A stretch of DNA of 64,000 nucleotides from Paraspadella gotoi (Eukaryota > Animalia > Chaetognatha). Shown piece after piece: positions 41,804 to 53,400 of this stretch. The stretch is from positions 22,841,826 through 22,905,825 of the forward strand of contig CM119264.1 of assembly GCA_051294375.1 (NCBI GenBank). Reading direction: 5' to 3'. The notes below the pieces were generated by a model. That model saw only the letters and a list, made by a program, of their open reading frames with translations. It was not told the origin of the DNA and did not search any database. A program made the position numbers and the translations under genes. Within the stretch, counting starts at the first letter, position 1, and each line of letters opens with the position of its first letter.

Positions 41804-42277
41804 TGACCCTTCGAGACACAATGATTGTCCCAGACAAAACTAGCAGAGGTGAGCAAGCGAATGGAAGAACGCCGCCCAAAAAAATAAGCGCCATAACAGA
41901 CTGTGCCAGCGACGCCGCCATTACACCGGCACCGAAAACGAAGCCAGCGATTATCGGCGCCATCCAGGGAGGAAAACCGGCGTTGAAGGCAAAGGCGACG
42001 AAGACGGCGAGACAAGCGCCGATTCCACCGGCGACGCTTTGGACGAGGGAGATGACGCTCGAAGATCCTGGATTATGGGATCATGTTTGTATTGTACATT
42101 TGCTTTACTTGATTACATTTTTTACTTCGACTGATTACCTTGGAACTCTGTTTTCCAGTCAAGAAAGAAAAGCGCGAGATTCAAGTTGAAGCCGTGAAAG
42201 ATGAACACGTTTGCGGCGAGGCAAAGAGCCAGCCGAAAATCTGGAGATTTGACGAAAGATAAGATGTGGAATTTCAT
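39795..42277 (-). CDS. Divergent monocarboxylate transporter (SLC16/MCT-like MFS), paralog A; exons 42277-42139, 42067-41808, 41333-40765, 40595-40331, 40197-40039, 39924-39795
   Basis: ATG at 42277, GT-AG introns with compatible phases, stop TAG at 39797-39795. Motifs WLREEFAWRGAFLILGGFGLNIVALSWMCRP, VFDFSIFKNRVY and LPPLIG..D...SYRDAFY. One apparent 1-nt frameshift near 40560, probably a sequencing error. Confidence 0.85.
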
Positions 42278-45200
42278 GTCTATTTCGACGTTTCCAGAAC
42301 AGTAGCATAGAACGAAACAGACGTAAGTGTTTCACATGAGCGACACCAAAAATAAACTTTTCAAAGGTATGATCACGATGTGGATTAACAAGTTTAATTT
42401 TTAAATGACGAAGAAACTCGTTGGATGCAGAGTGAACTTGTTCTCGATATCCAGTTTCTTTTTCGAAAAAAAAAAGACTAGAAATTAATATAGAAAAAAG
42501 TTATTCCGAAAGAAGTCAGCGGATTTTTTCATATATTTTTATGACACAATGAAAAATAACGTGGCGAAACGGTCTCGTGCTGATTTTGTCCCTTTAAAAT
42601 TGTTTCTGAGCCAAATTAATTGATCATTACTTTTGGTAATATGTGCGATATACACTACTGGACATTACTGTATCTGACCATAACCCTTGACCATCAACAA
42701 AAAAGCTAACTCGATCAAAAATAGTAAAAAAGCTGAAGCAATATAGCTCGAAACGCTTACAAAATTTTAAACCATTGCTTTTAATATTATTAAAACAAAA
42801 CTTTAACGATAGCCTAATAGTTAACCGAGACCAAGATGAATATTTTTTACCCATCATTTCCTCAATTTATATGAATCATTTGTTTGTAATTAGTCAATTA
42901 ATCTAAATAACAATATGACAAATTCATTTTCAATTTTTTTTATGAATGGGAAGTTTTCTCTGCTTACTCCCCTTGTGTCTAATTATTTAATATTTTAAAG
43001 GTATTTTCAAAAACCTTATATAATTACTATATTTTTCACTTTTTTTCAATTCTTTCAAACAAAAACAACATCATAAAAACATTTGGAAAAAAATATTTTG
43101 AAACTAGAGAATAATGGATTATGAGTCAGGAAAAAAAAATTGCAATTCTAAAAAAATCAGCCTCTAGTTTTTCGATTTTTTAGAGGCTGATTTTTTTATT
43201 TTTTTGATATTTTGATTTTCTATGCAAACCATTATTCTCAATGAGCATAGGTCGGACGAAATTTTTTTCCAACAATTTTAAAAAATTTCAACTTTTTTAA
43301 TTAAGCTTTTTTGGGGGAAATAAATAAATAAATTATTATACGATGGGTACATCTGAAAGTGATATGTCTCTAAATGACAAAAAAATTTTCTTCAAGTTTT
43401 ATTTTGAAATTTAAGTATTGTACCAATAAAAATAAGTGAGATACTCCCGGCTTTGCCGAAATTTTTAATTTAACAAAGATTTGTACTGCGTAATTTAAAA
43501 AAAGTTATTTTTTTAAATAAACTTTTGAAAGAAAAAAGGTAGCAAGGTGGATGTGATATCAAATTAAAGCCCTAATCATGAGACACCTTTCTAAAAGAGT
43601 TTTATTAAATTAAATCCATAAATCTTTACACAGCTTTTGTTTAAATCAGAGTTAAAAGTATAACAGTTTTTTGCTTTAAAAATTTCAATAAAGGCATATG
43701 AATTTTTTTTTTTTTTTTGTAATTTGAAAAAGGAAAACTGAATTACATTTTGTTTATTATTAATTTTTTTTATTCATAAAATTGCTTATATTTTTCAGTT
43801 AAAGTAAAAAACAAGCAAAAAATTTATGTTGTAGCTTGAAAAATGTATTTTTAAAAATTAAAAATGATAAATACAAAAATGTTTTCAGCTTGATATAAAC
43901 AGTCTGGACATCTACCTTCTTGTCTGTGAAAAAAAATCGTTATTTTTCATTATCTTTAATTGCAAACTAAAAGCTTGACACACTGCTTGTTTTATCATAA
44001 TAAAGTTGTAAAAAATTATATAGCTGGTAACATATTTGACAAAGCAAAAACATCATTGTGTTAAATTGTATTGATAATTTTTTTTTAAATATAGCAAGGA
44101 ATTTAATTCTATTATTTATCATCCATTTTAATTAAGAAAAAATATTTCTCATAATAGCCCATTGGAAAGGGTTCATTGACTGACTTAATGATGAATTTTT
44201 TTAGATTTTTTTACTGCCCCCATTTCACAAGATATAAAAGGTCATGGTTATCATGTCAATAAGTCAGATTATCTGTACCATTTCTGCAACCTGCATTCCA
44301 AATTTTCTTTTTTTCCCTTCAAATGTATTAAATAAAAAAAATTATTTGAGAGAAAAAATCGGCGTGGAGGATGCCATTGGTAAGCCTTAGTTACTACCCA
44401 CTTCCCGATCGAATTTTTAAATGAGGTTTTTTTTTTCATCTATTTCAGACATAACACTAACTATTAGTACTATTTTTTTTTTTTCTTTTACAATTCTATA
44501 AATAAATATGAATAAGTAACTTTTTAAAAAATTTTTTTATCTTTTACCCTATATTCAGTCATATCTAAAAAAACAAAAAATATTTGCATTGATATTTTGG
44601 ATATCAATATATGAAACTATAACGTTTCAAAAATAAAAAGAAATATAATAATATTGAACAGTGAATTTTTTTATGCACGGAACAGTAACATTACGCTATT
44701 TTTCATTGTGTCTTATATCGTTAGATGAGGAATGAGGTGAATATTGTAATTCTCGAGTTTCACTTTAATCGTAGTGAATTGAAAATTTTATGAAGCATAT
44801 TGAATCTCAAAATCGTCAGTTGAATCTTTCACCAAAAATTTCGCGTGGCGATTACATGCCAATTCAGCATCCAAGATGGGAGGTAAAATTGTATCAGAAG
44901 TTAAAAATATACATTAATGGGAACCAAAAGCATTAAGTTCTAAGGAAAAAGGTTTTTTCCGCCTATGATCAGGCAATTTATGCAATTTATCAACAAATCC
45001 AAGGAATCTCGGTTGGTGAAAAAAAATGTCAGATTTCGAAAATCCACCAGCGTGTGGAAAGGTTCACCCAGGATAACCGGAGGCTCCTCAGTGCAGAAGT
45101 TGGAGGAGTAGGGCTGACCAGAGGCTGAACGAACCACCTTTACACTAAAAAGATGGTTGTGACAGGATGGTACACCAAGATGATTGACAACAAATGGAAC

Positions 45201-45848
45201 AACCTTCTCAACAACAACAAATTCTGCGTAACTCACCTTTTCACTAGCTCTCATTAAGTAGTTTTGGTGTAATAAATTTTTACTTTGTGCCATCTGTTCT
45301 CTTTCAAACTTATAATTCCGCTAGTTAATTTAAAAAAAACTTTTTTGGTAAATTATATTGAAGAGAAAATTCATACAAAAAATACTTGAATCAATAAGAA
45401 ACAGGTGATTTTAAAAAAACTTTTTGATGGGAAGCTATATCTAAATTTTAATATAAATAAAAATGCACACTTTTACAACTTCCAATTAAAAAAATTTGTA
45501 ACAATTTCTAATTGTAAACAGTTGTAACATTTTTTTGTCTTTTTTTAAATTATATATATATTTTTATTTTGTCAGGCGCTGCCTCTTCTGATTCGTCTAG
45601 CTTTGCAGCGCTTGTATAAGAAGGTATATTCTCCTAAGATGAGATATGTATATTCTAATATGTTCAGTGTAAACAGTTTAACTATGAATGCGCATTTCAT
45701 GAGTATCTTACTTGATAGAATCTTGACTTGATTTGGTGAATGCTCGCTTATTATGTAAACTAAGCCTTTAATAAAAAGGGTCATTCAAATGAACTTCAAA
45801 ATAGGCCAAAAGATCACATTAAATAATCATCTCCTAAAGTTGGACTTC

Positions 45849-45892
<44 letters not shown>

Positions 45893-47352
45893 GTTAGGTC
45901 AAGTGGCAGGAGCTGTATGTAAGTTGACTTAGAAACACACTGGGGAAAGAAAATAAATCAAGGGAAACCCGATCGGAAGAACGAGATAGTTACTCCTTAA
46001 GAATTTTTTTTTTTCGTTTCAAATAACTTAATTGTTAATAGCATATGATCTAAATCTAATAGGTGGCGTAGCTTTAAAATCTGTCTGTACATCAAAATAA
46101 TTTCAAAAATTGAAAAGTCTTTGGCCTTAAACACTATAATTATCACAAAATCTAAATTAGCACACAAGTATTGATAGCGAACAAAAACAATACTGCGATA
46201 AAAGAAAACCCATACAGCGGCAAATGAATAACGAAACGCAGTAGTAATAAAGAAAATGCATCAGAGAGTATTCAACCTTGGTCATGACTCAATTCTAGAA
46301 CTCAAACACGCAAAATCATCCCACTTACGACAGTTGTTTAATTTTTAGTATGTTTGCTAATATAAAATCGGTTTGAATTAAAATAAATTAGGTATAGTCA
46401 TGAATTGCATAATTGAATCTCATGTTTGCTTACTCATATTAACGATTTTATAAAAATCACAATAATTGTTTTATCGTTTTGTGTGTTTTTTTTGTGACTA
46501 TTTTTCATAGGAGAAGCTGTGAACAAGCTTAAAAAGAAGCAGCTTAACAGTGATGCGTTATTTTAATTGAAAACCTTAGCATTTAGTATAGAGGTTAAGA
46601 AAAAATCGATTTGTTAGTTTGACAAAAAGTTAAAGGAGAAATCATATTTTGAAGAAAAACTTGGTATACTATCACAAAATAATTTCATGAGTTAACTCAA
46701 ATACAATAGATCAAAGACAAAAAAGCTAATCTCATTTAAATATATATGTAGGTAAAATAATATTAAACAATTGAACTTATATTCTATTCAACAAAATTAA
46801 TCAGAAAAATTGCTAACCTAAAACTTCTAAATAAGAATAATCACATTTCGAAGATAATGCGACAGACAAAAGAATCCGCGCAAAATTCACAATAACTGGT
46901 AGAAATCTCGTAACAGATTAAAAACGTAGGGACTAGCATGAAAGACTTAAATACACGTAGTATCTACTTAATATACGAAAGTATAATTTAAACGTTTTGA
47001 AGTTGCTACTGGCTGTTCGACCCCAGGTTTTGTTAGTTAACTGTTCTGTTACTAAGTTTTTTAATAACTAAAGAAGAAACAACTACGTTTCGTTGAATAA
47101 CGTAATAAAGTTATAACTGTTCGGAGATCGAATCGACAGCTAAAAAAACTACAAAACGCTACAATAGTTATTATTATCATTTGAATTTTTATAAAAATAG
47201 ATTAAAAACTAAGCTGAGGCGACGCGCGCGATTTCGTTGTAAATCGTTAAAATTTTATTATTTATTGTTTTCTGTTCTCCAACTTTTTTGGGTTTATTTG
47301 TACCTTTAGACGCAGTTTTTTGTGTCATTTTTGTGCAAGGGTACGTTGGTTC

Positions 47353-47492
<140 letters not shown>

Positions 47493-50400
47493 TCAAAGAA
47501 GAATGTGAATTCCATCTGACTTATGAAGCAAAAGCGTCAAAGTTCGGTGTTCATCGAGTCCTCGGTCCACGTTATTGGATTCCGCCATCTTGAATTTCGC
47601 CATATTCAAGTCAGCCATCTTAGATCCAGCCTCGAGAGATGTCGTTAAAGAGTCGCCGAGTCCAGATTCAGTCATCCTCGACGCGGTCTCTATCGAATCC
47701 ACCATCCAAGACTCTGCCATCCATGACTTTGCCATCCCTGAATCCCCCATCCCAGACCCTCCGTCGTCCACGACCCGTTGGGGAAGAAGAGAGATGAAGT
47801 CGTCCTTCCCGAATCTGGAAGGACGAAGAAGTCGAAGGCGGAAGTCAAAGGGGAATGAGGTCATCAGAGCCTCCAACTCCGCCTGTAGGAAAATAGAGGG
47901 TGGGGCATGGCAAACTATGAAAATAGCGGGAGTAGTGGACACAAAATCTTTTAGAAATATATCTGCCATATAGTTCAACGGGTTCCATTAGAATTGTACC
48001 CACGTAGGATTGCGTCCAGAAAATCTTATGTTGGCGGAATACTATGGGAGCAATGCAATGCAATGCAATACTACGTGGGTGCAATCCAAGGGGCGCAAAT
48101 TATGGGCCCAATAATACGTGGGCACAATCCTGCGACCACCAGTTTTTAACGTTTCACCTTCGAAAATCCAAATTCTGACTCAAATTCTGTCTCTTCTTCT
48201 TTTCCCGATTTTTCGTACAATGGAACTCTGGAAGCGGATTTCGGAGGAGTGGACCTATACACAGATTTCAAAATGGATTGAAATGAAAATATTAATAATT
48301 TCAGCTTTGAAAATTTTTTTTTAAAAGAATACCGATTTGGCAAGAGCATGTTGCCCACTAAACCTTCAAATATATTGATAAGCGCACTAGTATGATATAG
48401 AGTAGCATAATTTTTTTATATAAAAATCTAAACGTCAATAAATTTTTTAACTAATGAAATGATCAAATATCAAGCATAGTCAGTTGTTCATAAAAATATA
48501 TTTTCTTACATTTACGCCGTCAATTACGGTAGACTGCATAGAAAAACAAAATACTACCGCTGACTAAACCCGACATCCAGTGGAAGATTCTTCCAATGAA
48601 CAAAAGACGTAATTTCGGGCAAACAGTACAAAGAAATTTTTTGTATCATTCATTTATCGGTTCAAGTCTTTTGCAGATCACTGAAAAAAATTTTATAGAG
48701 TATTTTTCACATTTTACAGAGCAAAGGTTCAGTGAAATTTCAAAAATCACGAAAAAAAGTCTAATTCAAATTATAAAAAAATTATGACGAATTTATAATA
48801 ACTATTAAATATGAAACAGATTTCTCTAAATCAAAATCAAATATATTTTTGTCAATTTTAAATGTTCAAGTTCTAGAGGCACAATAAATCATTAAAAAAT
48901 TCTTTTTTTCAATTTTAAATATTCAAGTTCTAGAGGCACAATAAATCATTAAAAAATGTTTTTTATGATATCTGCGCGATTTGTCGTCAGTTAAAAGAAA
49001 AAGAAACCAAGAAAAACAAAGGAGGGCATTTTACATAAAAATACTAAAATTAATGTCTTGTCCCGAGATCTATAAATCACCTTGTCAAAAAAAAAATAAA
49101 AATAAAATATCGGCGCAAAGAAACAAGTTAAAAATGTCAAAATATGAAATTCAAATTTAAAAAAAATCTCTCTTGAACTGTCTATGCATATATACAAACA
49201 TACATATAATAGAAGCTGTTAAAATAAAAACCGAAAGACAATAAATAAATTTATTTTCCACGATCTTACTTTTTGTCGCTGCTACTTTCTTTCTCGCCGC
49301 CGACGCCAACGCCGCCGACGATCCTAACGGCGTCTAGAAGAAGCTCGTCAGTCTCCGGGTGATTAAAGGCGGCGACGAGGAACTTGAGTCGCTCGAAGTG
49401 CGGCGTCGACAGCGGTGCCGGTTGCAGAGCTGGATTCTTTGCCGGACTGGACTGCGGCACCAATCCTGCGCAGTGCTCCGTCTGAATCCAAAGGAAATTC
49501 CGATCTCAGCGCCGCTCGTAAAAATAAAATTTTCAAAATACAATTTTCTTATTTGCACTTTTTTGTCACTTTATAATCTGGTTGTCCATTAAAGAAAAAC
49601 ATGATAAAAACGTTCCTTCTTCCTCACCAAACTCTCGAGCGTCTCCAAGCACAACCGAACGCGCCTTTCCCGCCGTCGCTCCACGCTTCCTTCGTCAATG
49701 ACTTCGTCAGAGGCGTCGGGCCGAGACTTGATTGACCAGACATTCCGGGATGGCGGTGAGCGAAGGTATTCCTTGATCGAAAAAAAAAATAGAGATTCAC
49801 ATTCTATCTGACATTTTTACACTTTTTTTAGTATAATTTTCATTCACCATTCTGACAGCGTTTAAATTTTAATATTTCTTCGACGTTTTTTCTCGTTTCG
49901 AATTCTTTTTAACTCTTTTCACTTGATAATCCCTTCTCTGAAAAATTTTCTTTTTTCTAATTCAACTTTATACGTACGGTATGTTAAAGTTTATATCATT
50001 TTCCTTACCTTTAAAACGATTTCCGTCTCCTTTTCCGTCCAACTCAGACGCTCGTGCAAGATTCCATGCAGCAGCAGCCCTCGCAGCAGCCCCGGTAGTT
50101 CCGCGCCGAGGGAAAGGGCAAGAGTAAATCCGCCAGAGGTGAGGACATCGAGCAACTTGAAAGAGCGGAGGTAAAGGTGAGGTAAAAAGGATGGGTCGAC
50201 TCTCACTCCCATGAATAAACAATTAATCAACTACGGGGATGGAAACTGATTATTAATGGATTAGTGAGTCCAACGCAATTTTTTCACACTTGGTAGTCGT
50301 CAAGAACGATTTTGAAAACAGTGAGACATCGACGGCAAAGACCCGAGTTGTGAGAGGAACAACTGGGATGTGAGGTTTGAATCTCGGAATGCGGAGGAAG

Positions 50401-53400
50401 GGATTTCTCGGGGTTGGGAAAAGGGGGATAGTCGCGGGGAGGGAGTGGAGGAGGAGAAGACTGTGGGCAAGGAGTTGCCGAATCGGATGGTTGGAAGCGA
50501 TTGGGAAAATTTGGTGCGGGGGAAACGGTAATTTGTGGTCGATTGTGGTAAGTTGTGGAGTTTGAAGGAGACTTGGTGACTCTCATTGCAGGTTTTAATG
50601 TCTGGTCGAAAGTCGTGCAGGCTGGAATGGGGTGGGAGAGAGTTTTAATGGTTTGAAGGCGACTGTTGGAGGCTGTGGATGAATAATGGGGTTTAAAGTC
50701 GTTCGTGGCAGTTCTTGTGGGATTTTTTGACGGCTTTTCGGCGCGTGCGCAATCAACTCTGGGAGTCCGATTTATGGACGGATTTGAACAGTTTCGAAGT
50801 AAAAGGTGGGAAGGAAAAGGTTGTAAATTTGTCTTTGAAGAGGGTAAGTGACTGCGGTGATCTCCTGTGGTTTGTATGTTATCTGTCGTCTGTAGAGGGG
50901 TATGGCATTTGGCGTAAGCAAATAAAGGATTGAAAAATAAATAATTAAAAATACAAAATTCAACGTTGCGAATTGAGACTATTCAAGAATATATTCTTTT
51001 TTTCGCCTTTTTTCCTTTTTGATTATCCCGCTGTCTAAAAATAGAGAACAACAACAACAACAACAACAACAACAAAAATAAAACGAAAACCGTGAGCAAC
51101 TTTCCCCGCAGCATCGAACCTGCTTCGCCCTAACGTCATTGGCGGCGTCGATTGCGTTGCATATCGGAACAGGGGTTGGACCAACGTTGCATCTGGCAAA
51201 GGGAAGAAAGGGTAGGGAGGTGTAAAAATAGTCATTAGACTGTTTAAAATGAAAAAAAAAGGAAACAAAGGAAACTAGGAAATAAAAAATGAACTTAAAA
51301 AAAAAAAAGAAGTACCAATTCTTGGCGACTGAAACTCATGTGCGACTGAAACTAGGGTTATACATGCGGTTAAACTGGAAGTTAAATATAATAAATTAAT
51401 GTTTAAAAAAAGGGTTGCGGTCAGTGGTCACCTTTGAGAAGGCGGGTTGGATCCGACGGTCCTCGGAGGAAGAGGAGGAGGATTAAGTTGAATATAGGAG
51501 GATGAAGCGACCCTTCGAACCTGAATTATTCCGGACCTGAGGGCGAGTGCCGGGGCGTCATCTGTGGGCAGAATGTGGGTATTGAGTAAGGAGAAAAAGG
51601 AAATAAAACTATCGAGATAAGCTAGACAACATATTGGATAAAACTGCTTTTTTTGAAGTATAAGCGAAGAAAATATTATAAATATAAGCAGAAATTAGTG
51701 GCACGGGAAATGACTTCAGACATGTCGGTTATCGAGAAAGGAATGAAAGGAAGGGCGACATGCAGGTACGCACTTTTACGTTTAATTGTTATTAATGTGT
51801 ATTTGCGGAACACAATTTAAATTAGTATGTTGGAGTCTGTCTTTTTCAATTATTTTCCTCACAAAAGCAATAAAATCGTTGTGAACCAGAAAACCGCTTA
51901 TCATAGCCCTCTTCATTCCCAAATGGACAAGCGGCTGTGACTGTGAGTGATAGTCGACTTCGGGCGATATTTGAAATCCGTGTAGTATACAGTGCAGTAC
52001 ACAGTACAAACTACACATGTTTTATCCAAGATTAGGCAGATTTAATTGTCCGACTTTTATAAATCAAATACTTATGGTGAACTAAAATCCACCAACCGTT
52101 CATCAGAGGCCGTTGATGCCGGAGGCAAGTCATTCGCCTCCCAACCCAAAGGNNNNNNNNNNNNNNNNNNNNNNNNNAAAAACAGTTTAAAATGAAAAAA
52201 AAAGGAAACAAAGGAAACTAGAATGGTGGACTAAAATCCACCAACCGTTCATCAGCGGCCATTGGTGCTGGAGGCAGGTCATTCGCCTCCCAACCCAAAG
52301 GTCCGGGGTTCTAGCCCGGTGCCGCCTAGCAGTTAAGAGGGACGGGGCGCTTAACCCGCCTGTAACATGGTGTTACAGCCTGATCCAAAGCTCAGGGACT
52401 GCTTATATTGAACGGTTCTGTCATTAACACTTATCAATTAATATTGTCTCTTCATTGGTAGCCCGACTTCCGACATAACAGCAACAACAACACTTTCAGG
52501 CGACAGCCTCAACCTGGCGATGCACTTTCTGCCATCAATACATCAGGCGACATGCCTCAACTTGGTGACGCACTTTCCACCAACAACAACAATACACTGA
52601 AGAGACGCAACAGACTTCTCCCTATGGGAGGGGGGGATGTATGGTGGACTAAAATCCACCAACCGTTCATCAGCGGCTATTTGGTGCTGGAGGCAAGTCA
52701 TTCGCCTCCCAACCCAAAGGTCCGGGGTTCTAGCCCGGTGGCCGCCTAGCAGTTAAGAGGGACGGGGCGCTTAACCCGCCTGTAACATGGTGTTACAGCC
52801 TGATCCGAAGCTCAGGGACTGCTTATATTGAACGGTTCTGTCATTAACACTTATCAATAATTACTGTCTCTTCACGAGGAAATAAAAAAAGAACTTAAAA
52901 AAAAAAGAGTACCATTTCTTGGCAGTTGAAACTCATGTGCGACTGAAAACTAGGGTTATACATGCGGTTAAACTGGAAGTTAAATGTAATAAATTGATGT
53001 TTTAAAAAAAGTGTTGCGGTCAGTGGTCACCTTTGAGAAGGCGGGGGTTGGATCCGCCGGTCCTCGGAGGAAGAGGAGGAGGATTAAGTTGAATATGAGG
53101 AGGATGAAGCGACCCTTCGAACCTGAATTCTTCCGGACCTGAGGGCGAGTGCGGGGCTCATCTGTGGACAGAATGTGGGTATTGAGTAAGGAGAAAAAAG
53201 GAAATAAAACTATCGAGATAAGCTAGACAACATATTGGATAAAACTGCTTTTTTTGAAGTATAAGCGAAGAAAATATTATAAATATAAGCAAGAAATTAG
53301 TGGCACGGGAAATGACTTCAGACATGTCGGTTATCGAGAAAGGAATGGAAAGGAAGGGCGACATGCAGGTACGCACTTTTCGTTTAATTTTTTTTAATGT

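Larger units (their letters stand above)
52222..52874 (+). mobile_element. Complete miniature non-autonomous LTR retroelement (TRIM/retrozyme-like): 5' LTR 52222-52454, PBS ~52456-52473, internal 185 bp, PPT 52626-52637, 3' LTR 52640-52874
   Basis: Two ~233-bp direct repeats ending TTCA. TGGTAGCCCG lies 1 nt after the 5' LTR and GGGAGGGGGGGA just before the 3' LTR. TSD CTAG/CGAG, with empty site GAAACTAGGAAATA at ~51271. No credible coding ORF. Confidence 0.85.

Noticed and set aside
44940-45293. 117-aa ORF within an AT-rich, transposon-like block (42.6-45.5 kb)
   Set aside because: No recognisable domain or splice context. It may be a transposon fragment but cannot be called.
52597-52606. 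CTGAAGA as a hammerhead core in the element interior
   Set aside because: No stem II or GAAA follows. It is better explained as the complement of the LTR end.
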